DNA of 64,000 bases from Planctomycetota bacterium (GTDB taxonomy: Bacteria > Planctomycetota > UBA1135 > UBA2386). The notes under the pieces are model-generated. The model saw only the letters and a list, made by a program, of their open reading frames with translations, searched no databases and was not told the origin of the DNA. The DNA lies in assembly GCA_965223545.1 (NCBI GenBank), contig OZ245006.1, positions 3,200,001-3,264,000 of the forward strand, in the 5' to 3' direction. Below are positions 1-10,299 of this stretch, in pieces. The number at the start of each line of letters is the position of its first letter. Position 1 is the first letter of the stretch. The position numbers were made by a program, and so were the translations under genes.

Positions 1-269
1 CCGGCACAGTTGACCAGCGCGTCGATCCGCCCGAAATCCGCGAGCACGCGGTCGACCAGCGTCGCGCATGCTTCGCCGTCCGACACGTCGCAGCGCAGAC
101 CGGTCGCGTGGCCGCCGAGCTCGGCGATCTCGGCGACCAAGCTCTCGGCCGCCGCCGAACTCGTGCGGTAGCAGAACGCCACGCGCCAGCCTTGCACAGC
201 GAGCCGGCGGCCGATGGCGCGCCCGATTCCCTTCGCACCCCCAGTGATCAGCGCAACCCGGTCACTCAT
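1..269 (-). CDS. SDR family oxidoreductase (partial, runs off window start)
   Basis: Manual translation MSDRVALITGGAKGIGRAIGRRLA...CDVSD...FGRIDALVNCA shows the TGxxxGIG Rossmann motif; ATGA overlap with the stop of the upstream gene. Confidence 0.85.
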   Translation of the reverse strand, partial: MSDRVALITGGAKGIGRAIGRRLAVQGWRVAFCYRTSSAAAESLVAEIAELGGHATGLRCDVSDGEACATLVDRVLADFGRIDALVNCA

Positions 270-838
270 CGCGCCTCCTCCCGCAGCGCCGCACGCAACC
301 GCTGCTCCGCCTCTTCATCCCAGTAGCCGCAATCGAGCTCGATGAAGACCGATGTGTACGGCAACGTCATGTCGGTCTTCAGCACCAGCACGGAGAACGT
401 CTCGGCGACCCGATCGAGCTGACCGATGATGTCGCCGTGCGGCGCCGAGCGCGGCCGTGAATCCGCCAACGTCTCGGCCAGCGCCTGGCGAACCTCGCCG
501 ATCCCCGGCGCGTCCGCCTCGGACACCCGACCGAGCTCGGCATCCGTCCATGGTACGGCGCGGACGTGCGCGCTGCGGCCAATCGCGGCCAGCACCGTGC
601 GCACCGCGGCCAAGTGGTCACCACCGACATACACGGTCTCGATTCCGCCACCGCTCTGCTCCGGATACGCCGCATCGGCGACGACCACCCAATTGCGGTG
701 CCCCAGCGATGGGAGCCTGCGCTCGAGCGCAGCCGCCCAATCGTCGCCGTCCCAGGTCGAACGCGCAGCCGGCACGGCGGCACATCCTCCGACCAAGAGC
801 ACCAGCAGAGGAAGCGACACGCACCATGGCCACACCAT
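266..838 (-). CDS. RbsD/FucU-like protein with lipoprotein-type signal
   Basis: LGHRNWVVVADAAYP and KTDMTLPYTSVFIELDCGYW resemble RbsD/FucU motifs; N-terminal LLVLLVGGC lipobox. Confidence 0.7.
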   Translation of the reverse strand: MVWPWCVSLPLLVLLVGGCAAVPAARSTWDGDDWAAALERRLPSLGHRNWVVVADAAYPEQSGGGIETVYVGGDHLAAVRTVLAAIGRSAHVRAVPWTDAELGRVSEADAPGIGEVRQALAETLADSRPRSAPHGDIIGQLDRVAETFSVLVLKTDMTLPYTSVFIELDCGYWDEEAEQRLRAALREEAR

Positions 839-1007
839 GGCCGGCGAGCATAGGGCGACGGGCGCGGGGATCGATCCCGATCCCGCCGGGGAACCAGCGA
901 ACCCGCCTTGCCCGTACAGTCCCGCGCCAACCGACGCCGATGCAGAGGGAGCGCCCGAAGCTTGCGTAGACTCTAGGGCGACGACTGGCCAAAGCTCGAC
1001 CCGAACG

Positions 1008-2066
1008 ATGACGATCACGCTTCGCTCCCAATGGCTGCGCCGACTTCTCCTGCTCGGCGCGGTCGGCTGTGCGATCGCCGCCGGCGCGGCCGTGCTCTGG
1101 TGGACGCGCCCACCTCTCCTGCAGGTCGAGCACGCGCCGAAGACATTCGCCCGACGCGCGGGCGCACTGAGCGCCAACATCTGCGGCACTGCGTTTCCCT
1201 GGGCAGCGCTGCGATACCGGATCAACGACGCGGAATGGCAACCGGTCCTGGCTGCCGCTCCGCGCACGCCGGCGCCGCGCTGGACCATCGAGCTGCTGCG
1301 CGAGCAGCTCCTACCGGGCGAGAACCGCCTGCAGATCGAAGCCACCGCCTTCGGCCGCGCAACGGTCGCGCGCAGCTTGCGGCTGAACTACGACGACAGC
1401 CCGGTCCGATTGCCCCTGTTGCAGGACTGGAGCGGACCGCTCGACGTACAAGACGGTCGTTGGGAGGTCGTCGAAGTCGATGGCGAGCGCCGGGTGCGGC
1501 CCGCGCTCGGCGCCGAGGGCTACGACCGGCTCCTGCTGGTCTGTGGTGCCGTCCGCGGTGGGCGCCGGGTGGAGACCGAGATCACGCTGCGCGCGTTCAG
1601 CCCCTGGCAAACCTGGGCCGGGTTCGGCGTGCTGACCATGTGGGGCGGACATCTCGACGACGGACACCGACCACGACGCGGCTGGCGCTACGCGATCGCG
1701 TGGTGGATGAAGCCGTACGGACCGTGGTGCGAGTTCTCCAACAAGCACGGCGATGCGCCGCGGCACGATTCCTTCAGCGGGGAGACCCTACCCGAGCCCG
1801 AACCCGGCTCGCGGTGGTCGCTGATCGCGGAGTGCTGGCCCGAACGCGACGCTGGCGGCCGGCATCTCCGGCATCGCCAGCGAATGAAGATCTGGCCCAC
1901 CGGCACGCCCGAGCCCGCGGCGTGGCTGGAGACGACCGACAAGGGCGCCGCCGAGTTGCCACCGGCGGAGTACGCCGTGGCGCTGATCGCGCACGAGTGC
2001 AGCGCCGAGTTCGGCCCCGTGCGCATCACTGCTTTGCCCGCGGCCACGCTGCCCGCACCCCGCTGA
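1008..2066 (+). CDS. Hypothetical membrane-anchored/exported beta-rich protein
   Basis: ATG at 1008, N-terminal hydrophobic helix (LLLLGAVGCAIAAGAAVLWW), Trp-rich beta-like body. Confidence 0.6.
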   Translation: MTITLRSQWLRRLLLLGAVGCAIAAGAAVLWWTRPPLLQVEHAPKTFARRAGALSANICGTAFPWAALRYRINDAEWQPVLAAAPRTPAPRWTIELLREQLLPGENRLQIEATAFGRATVARSLRLNYDDSPVRLPLLQDWSGPLDVQDGRWEVVEVDGERRVRPALGAEGYDRLLLVCGAVRGGRRVETEITLRAFSPWQTWAGFGVLTMWGGHLDDGHRPRRGWRYAIAWWMKPYGPWCEFSNKHGDAPRHDSFSGETLPEPEPGSRWSLIAECWPERDAGGRHLRHRQRMKIWPTGTPEPAAWLETTDKGAAELPPAEYAVALIAHECSAEFGPVRITALPAATLPAPR

Positions 2067-2413
2067 GACAACGGTCCACGGTCGCAGCGGACGGCCACAA
2101 CTCCGTCGGTTGTAACCGTGGCCCTGGACCCGCTCCCGTGACCGTCCGCGCCACCCCCGTTCGGCCCAGGACGAGGTCGGGGCTTGCCCCGTCCATAAAC
2201 AACGCTACCGTCACCACGCGTCGATGCCGGCTGCGCCCCGCGCGCGGCGGCGTAGTCACGAGACACGTCATGAAGACCAACCGGAGCTGAACCCCCGGCG
2301 GACGCGGTCACCCGCGCCCGCCATGTCGCCCCTGGACCCCTCCCCGCCCCGGCGGGGGACCGCTCCGATCCGGCGCCTTCCCTCGCGCGTTTGCGCGACG
2401 GCGGCGAGCACTC

Positions 2414-3844
2414 ATGAACGATTCACAGTCTCGGCCCGCGCGTGCGGGCTTTCTGCGCCGTGCCTGGCGAGCCACCCGCCGCGCATTGGCGGGTGAGCAG
2501 CAGAGCTACACGACCGGCAGTTTGCACCGCGGCATCTTCTTCTTGGCGGTGCCGATGATGCTGGAGATGGCGATGGAGTCGGTGTTCGCCGTCGTCGACA
2601 TCTACTTCCTCGGCCAGCTGCACGACGCCACCGACGCCATTGCCGCGGTCGGCCTGACCGAGTCCGTGTTGACCTTGCTGTACGCGTTGGCCTTCGGGCT
2701 CAGCATGGCGGTGACCGCGACGGTCGCGCGCCGCATCGGCGGGGGCGACGAAGACGCAGCGGCCACCGCGACGTGGCAGGCGATCTTGCTCGGTCTCGGC
2801 ATCTCCCTCGTGGTCGCGATCCCCGGCGTGCTGTTCGCGCCCCAGGTGTTGGCGCTGATGGACGCACCGGCCGAAGTCGTCGCCACTGGATCGGGCTACG
2901 CCCGGCTTCTGTTCGGCACCAACGCGGTGATCATGCTGATCTTCTTGATCAACGCCGCGTTTCGCGGCGCCGGCGACTCGGCCTTGGCGATGCGGAGCCT
3001 GTGGCTCGCGAACGGCATCAACATCGTCCTCGACCCGTGCCTGATCCACGGCTGGGGACCATTCCCACAGATGGGAGTCACCGGAGCGGCGCTGGCAACC
3101 ACCATCGGGCGCGGCATCGGCGTGCTCTATCAGCTCACGTGCCTGCGCCGGGGACGCGGGCGCCTGCACCTGCAAAACCGTCACCTCACCGCCGACTACG
3201 GCGCCATGCTCCGGCTGTTGCGGGTGTCGGGTGGCGGCATCGCCCAGATGCTGATCGCGACGGCCAGCTGGCTCGGCATGATGCGCATCGTCGCCACGTT
3301 CGGCAAGGTGCCCGTCTCCGGCTACACCGTCGCCATCCGCATCCTGATCTTCAGCTACCTGCCTGCCTTCGGCTTGACCAACGCGGCGGCGACGCTGGTC
3401 GGCCAGAACCTGGGCGCCGGCAATCCCGATCGGGCCGAACGCGCGGTGTGGCTCACCGGTGCCTACACCATGTGCTACACCGCCGTGGTCACGGTGCTGT
3501 TCCTCGCCACCGGCCACCACCTGGTCGCGCTGTTCATCGAAGCCGCACCCGTGCGCCGCGTCGCCGAGGACGCGCTGCGCATCATCACGTACGGCTACGT
3601 GTTCTACGGTTGGGGACTGGTGATGATGCAGGCCTTCAACGGCGCCGGCGACACGATGACGCCGACCCGGATCAACCTGGTCAGCTTCTGGCTCCTGCAG
3701 CTGCCGCTCGCCTGGACGTTGTCGGTACCGGCAGGGCTCGGCCCGCACGGCTCGTTCTGGTCGGTGATGATTGCCGAGGCCGTGCTGACGGCGATCTCGA
3801 TCGCGGTGTTTCGGCGAGGGCGTTGGAAGCAGCGGCAGGTGTGA
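2414..3844 (+). CDS. MATE family efflux transporter
   Basis: About 12 TM segments; LAVPMMLEMAMESVFAVVD, RGAGDS, NIVLDP, GVTGAALAT, VGQNLGAG motifs. Confidence 0.93.
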   Translation: MNDSQSRPARAGFLRRAWRATRRALAGEQQSYTTGSLHRGIFFLAVPMMLEMAMESVFAVVDIYFLGQLHDATDAIAAVGLTESVLTLLYALAFGLSMAVTATVARRIGGGDEDAAATATWQAILLGLGISLVVAIPGVLFAPQVLALMDAPAEVVATGSGYARLLFGTNAVIMLIFLINAAFRGAGDSALAMRSLWLANGINIVLDPCLIHGWGPFPQMGVTGAALATTIGRGIGVLYQLTCLRRGRGRLHLQNRHLTADYGAMLRLLRVSGGGIAQMLIATASWLGMMRIVATFGKVPVSGYTVAIRILIFSYLPAFGLTNAAATLVGQNLGAGNPDRAERAVWLTGAYTMCYTAVVTVLFLATGHHLVALFIEAAPVRRVAEDALRIITYGYVFYGWGLVMMQAFNGAGDTMTPTRINLVSFWLLQLPLAWTLSVPAGLGPHGSFWSVMIAEAVLTAISIAVFRRGRWKQRQV

Positions 3845-3859
3845 ACGTCACCGGCTGGC

Positions 3860-6800
3860 TCACCCGGCGGCCTGCCCCAACACCTGGCGAAGAACGCGGC
3901 CGAGGTCTTCCCGCCGATACGGCTTGGCGAGAACGGCGTCGAAGCCCACGATCGGCACCGTCGAGTAGCCGCTGCTGGCGATGATCTTCAAGTCACCCGC
4001 CAGCTCGCGGACCACGGGCAAGATCTCCGCGCCGCCCTTCCCCCCCGGCACGGTCATGTCGAAGATCGCGCAGTCAGCGGCAAGCTGGCTCGGCGGCCGC
4101 AGCAGGCGCACGACCTCCTCACCCGTCGCCGCCAAGACGACGCGGCAACCCAAGCCTTCCAACAAGGGGCGCACCGCGGCGCGGATCGACTCTTGGTCGT
4201 CCATCACCAACACGGTCGGACGGCCGGCGAGGCCGGTCGCGCGCGCCAACTCCGGCTCTCCCTCCGGATCCGTCGCCGCCACCGGTAGATCGATGCGAAA
4301 CACCGCGCCGCCACCATCGGCATCGCGCACGTCGATCCGACCGCCGTGCTTGACGACGATGGCGCGCGCGGTGGCCAGGCCCAACCCCGAACCACCCGAC
4401 TTGGTGGAGAAGAACGACTCGAACACCCGTTCGCGCAGCTCGGCGGGCACGCCGCAGCCATGGTCGCGCACTTCGAGCACGACGCGCGCCTGGCCGGTTT
4501 CGCCGCGCGAACTCTGCTCAGTCGCGGCATGCACCTCCACTCGACCACCCGGGTCGCTCGCCTGCCGGGCGTTGAGCAACACGTTCTCCAGGACGCGCTG
4601 CAGCTGGGCGGGATCCACCGCCACCGGCGGCAGATCGCCCGGGCAGCTCACTTCGCAGCGGACGGCCGCGCCGCTGAAGACGAGGTCGGCCGCGGCCCCG
4701 ATCAACCGATCCAAGCGCGCCGGGTCGGCCACCGGAACACCACCCCGCGCGAACGACAGTAGCTGGCCCGCGAGCTCGGTGGCGCGCTGCACCGCGTGCT
4801 CACAAGCCCGAACCTCGTTGCCGACGCCGGCCGCCCGGTCGGCCTTCTCGCGCATCAGCGACAGATTGCACGAAAGGGCGGTCAGCACGTTGTTGAAGTC
4901 GTGCACGATGCCACCAGCGAGGACCCCCAACGACCGCAGTCGCTCGCTGTCGGCCAACTCGATCTGATGCGCTGCCAGCTCGCGCGAACGGGCCTGCACC
5001 TCGCGCCTGAGCTCCTTGTTGTAGCGGCGCTGATAGTGCCAACGCTGCCAACCGAACCCGACCAGCGCCAAGCCCGCGGTCGCCACCAGCCAGCCATACC
5101 ATCGATTCCAGATCGGCGCTTGCACAGCGAGCATCGGCCCCGACAGCGGCGATCCCCACGTCGACCACGCATGCCGCGCTTGCGCGACGAAGCGGTAGTT
5201 CCCGGGCGGCAAGCCGGCGTAGTCCACGGTCAGGCGCGTGCGGCCCTTCGACAGGCGCCAATCGCGATCGAACCCCACCAATTTGGTGCGGAACTGCATG
5301 CGGTGCTCGTCGACGAACGACACCGCGCGCAACGCGAACTCGAGGTGGCGGGTTCCGGCGCCCACGTCGATCGACGGTCCATGCCGGGCCTCGCCGTCCG
5401 CCCGCACGTGCTGCACCGCGACGCGCGGCGGCGGGACGGTGCGTTCGCTGCTGGCCTCGTAGACCGAAACGCCCCGGTCGGTGCCGATCCAGACCCGCCC
5501 GTCGGCACCGCACAACGCGGCTCCCCGGTTGGTCTCGTGCCCGGCCAACCCCGTCGAAACCGTCTCGTGGTGAAGGCGTTGGCCGTTCCAGCGGAACACG
5601 CCGTAGTCGGTGCCGATCCAGAGCTCGTCGCGATGGTCGACGACCAGCGAGTACACCGGACGATCGATCGCCAGGGCACGGGCCTTGGGGCGCCGCAACA
5701 CCTGGCCGTCCACTCGCCAGAGCCCGTCCCCCGCACCGACCCAAACCGCATCGTCCGCCGGCAGCACCGTGAACAAGCTGCCGGGCGAGCCGTCCTCGGG
5801 CAGCAGCCGCTCGCAGCGTTCGCCGCTGAACCGATAGAGGCCCTCGATGGTCGCCGCCCACAACACGTCGTCTCGCCAAGCGACGCGACGCACGACGCGG
5901 TCGCCGACCGCGGGCACCGGCCGGACCACGCCACCTTCGCTGCGCCACAAGCCCCGGGAAGTCGCCAGCCAGACACCCCGCGGATCGGTGGCGATCCCGA
6001 CCACTTCGAGGCCGGGAACCGGGGCGACCTCGAACCACTCGAGCCCGTTGTCACCGGTCAGACAACCGAAACCTCGCTGCGATCCGGCAATCCAGACGCG
6101 GTCGTCCGCGTCGACGGCGAGGTCCATTGCCCGCTCGGCGTTGACCCGCGGCGGCCCGGGGGCGCTGAACGGCAGCGACTCGATCCGCCCGGAGTGCAGC
6201 AGGGTCAAGCCGCCGTTGTGGCCGAGAATCACCTGGCCTGTGGAACGCTCTGCGGCGGACGACACCTCGTCGCGCAACAGACCGTGTTGCCGCCCGAAAC
6301 TGGCGAACCGCCGACTCACCAGCTTCGAGACTCCGATGTCGGTGCCGAACCACAGACTCCCCTCGCGATCGCAGTACAGGGCGTTGGCGGTTCCGGACAC
6401 GAGCCCGTTCTGCGTGCCGAGCGACTCGATCCGACCGCCGAGCCCGTGCACGAAGAAGGTCCCGCCGCGCGCCGACACGTACACCCCACCCCGGCGGTCC
6501 GCGGTCACCGCCACCCGCTGCAGCCGGAGCCGGTCGAAGTCGAAGCTCGCGGCCCGGTGCTCGACGCCACCGTCGGGCTGCAGCAGCCCGACCCAGTCCA
6601 GCCCCGCGAGCCAGAGGCCGCGATCGCCATCCGCGGCGAGACCCCACACGCCCTTCTCGGCCGCGTCCGATCCGCCCCACAGCTCGACGACGGAATCGGG
6701 CGACACCGTGAACACGCCGTTGCTGGTGGCGACGCGCAGCACGCCTTGCCAGACTGCGAGGGCGCGCACGTCGCCGTGCCCACTGTCCGGTGCCAAGCGC

Positions 6801-7276
6801 TGCAGCCAACGCTCGCCGTTCCAAAGGAACACTCCTGCTCGGTGGGTGCCGACGACGAGCCCGGCCACCCCGCCGACGTCGACTCCGCGCACGGTGAAGG
6901 GTTGGGTGGCAACCGTGTTCGCCGCGAACTGCGGCAACTCCCGCCACTGCCCTGCACGGTGCAGCCAAACCACTCCGTCGTGGTTCAAGAGACAGAGCTC
7001 ATCGGGTCCGGTGGGCGAGACCGAGATGACCGCCCGCCGCCTGCCGTCAGCACCGGCCTGTAGGCCGGTCCATTGCGTGCCGTCGTAGCTGACCGCGCCG
7101 ACGCGGGTCGCGAACCACATGCGACCGTCCTCTGCCTGGCTCACGTCGTCGACGACAGAACTCGGCAGCCCATCGTGCTCGGTGTAGGAATGCACCAGGT
7201 AGCGCTGAGCAGGTAGCGCACACGCGCAGACCAGCGGCAACAGCACGGCGCGAGCTCGGAGCAGGCAGGCGGACAT
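3860..7276 (-). CDS. Hybrid sensor histidine kinase/response regulator (two-component regulator propeller, Y_Y_Y, HisKA, HATPase, receiver)
   Basis: GLPSSVV..DGRMWFAT and DREGSLWFGT propeller repeats; YAGLPPGNYRF; TM helix; HDFNN H-box; FFSTK..GSGLGL; VMDDQ..DMTVPG..KPY receiver. Confidence 0.92.
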   Translation of the reverse strand: MSACLLRARAVLLPLVCACALPAQRYLVHSYTEHDGLPSSVVDDVSQAEDGRMWFATRVGAVSYDGTQWTGLQAGADGRRRAVISVSPTGPDELCLLNHDGVVWLHRAGQWRELPQFAANTVATQPFTVRGVDVGGVAGLVVGTHRAGVFLWNGERWLQRLAPDSGHGDVRALAVWQGVLRVATSNGVFTVSPDSVVELWGGSDAAEKGVWGLAADGDRGLWLAGLDWVGLLQPDGGVEHRAASFDFDRLRLQRVAVTADRRGGVYVSARGGTFFVHGLGGRIESLGTQNGLVSGTANALYCDREGSLWFGTDIGVSKLVSRRFASFGRQHGLLRDEVSSAAERSTGQVILGHNGGLTLLHSGRIESLPFSAPGPPRVNAERAMDLAVDADDRVWIAGSQRGFGCLTGDNGLEWFEVAPVPGLEVVGIATDPRGVWLATSRGLWRSEGGVVRPVPAVGDRVVRRVAWRDDVLWAATIEGLYRFSGERCERLLPEDGSPGSLFTVLPADDAVWVGAGDGLWRVDGQVLRRPKARALAIDRPVYSLVVDHRDELWIGTDYGVFRWNGQRLHHETVSTGLAGHETNRGAALCGADGRVWIGTDRGVSVYEASSERTVPPPRVAVQHVRADGEARHGPSIDVGAGTRHLEFALRAVSFVDEHRMQFRTKLVGFDRDWRLSKGRTRLTVDYAGLPPGNYRFVAQARHAWSTWGSPLSGPMLAVQAPIWNRWYGWLVATAGLALVGFGWQRWHYQRRYNKELRREVQARSRELAAHQIELADSERLRSLGVLAGGIVHDFNNVLTALSCNLSLMREKADRAAGVGNEVRACEHAVQRATELAGQLLSFARGGVPVADPARLDRLIGAAADLVFSGAAVRCEVSCPGDLPPVAVDPAQLQRVLENVLLNARQASDPGGRVEVHAATEQSSRGETGQARVVLEVRDHGCGVPAELRERVFESFFSTKSGGSGLGLATARAIVVKHGGRIDVRDADGGGAVFRIDLPVAATDPEGEPELARATGLAGRPTVLVMDDQESIRAAVRPLLEGLGCRVVLAATGEEVVRLLRPPSQLAADCAIFDMTVPGGKGGAEILPVVRELAGDLKIIASSGYSTVPIVGFDAVLAKPYRREDLGRVLRQVLGQAAG

Positions 7277-7350
7277 GCGGGTTCTGGTCAAGACGGTAAC
7301 GCATCCGCGCAGGCAGCGCGCACACGGCATTCATACGTGCAACCGCGCGA

Positions 7351-8358
7351 TCAGCGGACGCTCGCCGGCGACCCTCGGCGGGCGGCGGCGACCACGTCAT
7401 CGACGCGCACGACGGTGCCCCCCGACGCCGCACTCTCCTCCGCTGCCGCCATGAAGGCGTAGATGGCCAAGGTCTCTTCTTCCGGCACAGGCACCCGCCG
7501 GTCGACGAAGAACTGCGCGATCGCCTCGACCAGGGGCCGGTAGCCGGTGAACCCAACCGAGTGCGTAATGCTCTCGCGACCGAACACCAGGGCGCCGTAG
7601 TCACGGTGGCCGTCGCGCACGCCGCGCAGCGTACCAACCCGCCCGTCGCTCCAGACTCCGGTCACGACGTCGGCGCCGGCCGTCCGCGTGCACTGCACGG
7701 TCTCGCAACCGGGCCCCATGACGGTGACCAAGATCTCGGCGCCGTGCACACCGTACCAGAACAGGCCGGGGTGGTGCGGCTCGGTGGGCGCCGGACTGAA
7801 CGCGACACAACCGACCGCGTCGCGACGCGCCGCGGGCCGGCCAAGCCGGGCGAAGTCGGGACAGAAGCGCAGTGCCGAGCTCGAGAAGCACGGCACTCCG
7901 CGCGCTCGCGCGCGGTCGAACAAACGCAACACGTCGCCCAGCGACGCCGCCACCGGCTTGTCGACGAACACGGGCAACTGCCGGGCGAGGACCGGTTCGA
8001 TCTGTTCGAGATGCTTGCGCCCATCGACACTCTCGAGCAGCACCGCGTCGACCTGGCCAACCAGCGTCTCGATGCTGTCCACGAGAGTGACCCCCATGTC
8101 CCGGATTTCGTCGCAGAACCGCTCGATCCGGTCCCGGCTGGCGGCGATGTCCGGACTACCGCCGGCGAACGCAGCCGTGACGCGCACCCTCGCCAGCGAC
8201 CCGCGCGCGTCCGGGGCGTTCAACAGCCGGGTGAAGGCGACGGCATGAGAAGTATCCAAGCCGATGATGCCGACGCGCAGGACCGGCGCCTCGCCGGTGT
8301 CCTGTGCCGCGCACGCGGCGGTCCAGCAGAACAACCATCCGATCGCCAGGGTGCGCAT
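7351..8358 (-). CDS. Gfo/Idh/MocA family oxidoreductase (exported)
   Basis: Signal peptide, then RVGIIGLDTSH, VFVDKP, SSSALRF, WYGVHGAE. Confidence 0.88.
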   Translation of the reverse strand: MRTLAIGWLFCWTAACAAQDTGEAPVLRVGIIGLDTSHAVAFTRLLNAPDARGSLARVRVTAAFAGGSPDIAASRDRIERFCDEIRDMGVTLVDSIETLVGQVDAVLLESVDGRKHLEQIEPVLARQLPVFVDKPVAASLGDVLRLFDRARARGVPCFSSSALRFCPDFARLGRPAARRDAVGCVAFSPAPTEPHHPGLFWYGVHGAEILVTVMGPGCETVQCTRTAGADVVTGVWSDGRVGTLRGVRDGHRDYGALVFGRESITHSVGFTGYRPLVEAIAQFFVDRRVPVPEEETLAIYAFMAAAEESAASGGTVVRVDDVVAAARRGSPASVR

Positions 8359-8386
8359 TGCATCGAACAGTAGCCGATCACCGCCG

Positions 8387-9082
8387 TCACGACCCGCGGC
8401 GGGCGGGCTCCCGCTCCAACCACTCGCGGACCAAGTCTCCGTACGGGTCGGCTGCGGGCAGCGGCCACGAGGCCACCGGCGGCCGCGGGTCGTCGGTCGG
8501 CGCGAGCACCACGACCGCGGCGCGCAGCGCGGCATCGACACCGGGCACCTCGTGCGCCAGCGCTTCGACACTGCCGACGACCGCGTGCCGGGCCTCGCCC
8601 GCAGCGAGCATGTCCTGGGCCTCGACCAACGCCGCTCCCTCCTCACCGGGCTCCACCGACAAGCACAGGGTCGGTCCGCGCAGGCCGTGGCGCAACGCCA
8701 CTTCGCCCGCGCACGAGCTGAGCAACGTGTAGGGAAAGATCGAAGCCTGGACGATTCCTTCGCGCAGGCCACCGACGTACTGCAGGTCGACCTCGAGGCT
8801 GCCCCGCCGGGTCTCGGTGACCAGTGCGGCTCCGGCCCGCGCGCCGCCATCCAGCACGCCCTCCAGCCCGCTGGCCATCGCCGCCAGCGCCAGCGACCGC
8901 GACTGTCGGTCGAGGCGACGGAACGTGTCGTCGCGACGGCCGAACACGGTGCGCGGCGTGCTCCCCCTGCCGGGGGCCGCCACCCCGAGCTCCGACCAAG
9001 CAACCCGCACACCTGCGCTGCCGGCGATGCCGTCCCGATCGACGTGGCCAACGGCAATGATCTTGGGCTGCGGCACGGTCAC
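8387..9082 (-). CDS. Ketosynthase-like chain length factor (short, apparently non-catalytic)
   Basis: FRRLDRQSR..SLEVDLQY..ASIFPYTLLSSCAGEVALRHGLRGP; GTGA overlap with the upstream KS. Confidence 0.75.
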   Translation of the reverse strand: MTVPQPKIIAVGHVDRDGIAGSAGVRVAWSELGVAAPGRGSTPRTVFGRRDDTFRRLDRQSRSLALAAMASGLEGVLDGGARAGAALVTETRRGSLEVDLQYVGGLREGIVQASIFPYTLLSSCAGEVALRHGLRGPTLCLSVEPGEEGAALVEAQDMLAAGEARHAVVGSVEALAHEVPGVDAALRAAVVVLAPTDDPRPPVASWPLPAADPYGDLVREWLEREPARRGS

Positions 9083-10197
9083 GACGCGAACACCACCGCC
9101 TGCTGCAGGCCACCGAATCCACCCGCGACCTTGAGCGAACTCCGAGAGCGAGACAACTGCCGCGGCGCGCGCACCAACGCGAGACGATCGTCGACGCCGA
9201 CCGTGTCGAGCCCGACGTTGGCCGGCGCCATTCCGCGCTGTAGCGCGGCGATCGCGATCAACGATTCGATGATCCCCGCGGCGCCGAGGGTGTGCCCGAG
9301 CTGGGCCTTGCTGCCCACTGCCGGAGGCGTGCGGCCACCGAACACCCGGGCCAAGCCGCGCGCCTCGCTGGAGTCGTTGGCCAGCGTGCCGGTGCCGTGC
9401 AAGTGCACCAAATCGATGTCGGCGGGCTTCATCCCGGCATGCACCAAGGCACGCTCGGCGGCCACGGCCAACCCTCCGCCCTCGCGGTCGCACGCGGTGA
9501 CGTGACAGGCGTCGTTGCCGCCGCCAAACCCCGCGACGCGCATACCGACCGATTCCGCCTCGCGCGCGGACAACACCAGCGCGCCCGCGCCATCGCCCAG
9601 CGAGATGCCGCGGCGGCCGGCGTCGAACGGCCGGCACGGCTGCGGATCGAGGATGTGCATTCCGCTGAATCCGGCCAGGATGAACTGGTTGATCGCATCC
9701 GTGCCGACCACGAGCACTCGCTCTTCGCGACCGCTGGCGATGCGGCGCGCAGCCATGGCGATCGCGGCCAACCCGGAGGCGCACGCACAGGAGACGGCAC
9801 CGAGGACGGCGCGGCAACCGAGCGCGACCGCGACCCGGCGCGCCAGCCGCATCGGCGAGGCCAGGCCATCGCCGGGACAGTGGATGCCGGTCAGCTCGGC
9901 CTTGGTCGTCGCCAACACCAAGCCCACGGCGGCGGCATCGATCCAGGCTTCGGCCAGAGCCTCGCGGGCAGCAGCGACCGCGGCAGCCCCCGGCAACGAC
10001 GCTTCGTCGATCCCCTCGCACCAGGGATCGGCGGGGAACTCGGCGACGGCCTGTGCCGCAACCGCCACTGCCGCAGTGCGGCGGCGGGCGCGCAGCGCGC
10101 GCTCGCCGGCGAAGATCCCGCTCAGGAGGGCCGGGACGCCGGCGCCGAACCCGGTGACCGCACCGCGGCCAGAGACGTGCACCGCGCGACTCAGCAC
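9079..10197 (-). CDS. Beta-ketoacyl-ACP synthase (FabB/F-type KS)
   Basis: SCACASG (catalytic Cys), HGTGT, KAQLGHTLGAAG, GFGG. Confidence 0.92.
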   Translation of the reverse strand: MLSRAVHVSGRGAVTGFGAGVPALLSGIFAGERALRARRRTAAVAVAAQAVAEFPADPWCEGIDEASLPGAAAVAAAREALAEAWIDAAAVGLVLATTKAELTGIHCPGDGLASPMRLARRVAVALGCRAVLGAVSCACASGLAAIAMAARRIASGREERVLVVGTDAINQFILAGFSGMHILDPQPCRPFDAGRRGISLGDGAGALVLSAREAESVGMRVAGFGGGNDACHVTACDREGGGLAVAAERALVHAGMKPADIDLVHLHGTGTLANDSSEARGLARVFGGRTPPAVGSKAQLGHTLGAAGIIESLIAIAALQRGMAPANVGLDTVGVDDRLALVRAPRQLSRSRSSLKVAGGFGGLQQAVVFAS

Positions 10198-10299
10198 GGC
10201 GTCGAGCGTGCGGCCGCGAAGGCAGATGGACCGGGAGCGGACATCGACGCGAATGCTAAGGCGGTGCCGGTGGAATCGCCGCTCTCGTTTTGGCCCCGT

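Noticed and set aside
4796..7063. 755-aa plus-strand ORF and similar long overlapping ORFs (11301-13589, 61103-63817)
   Set aside because: Shadows of well-supported genes on the opposite strand.
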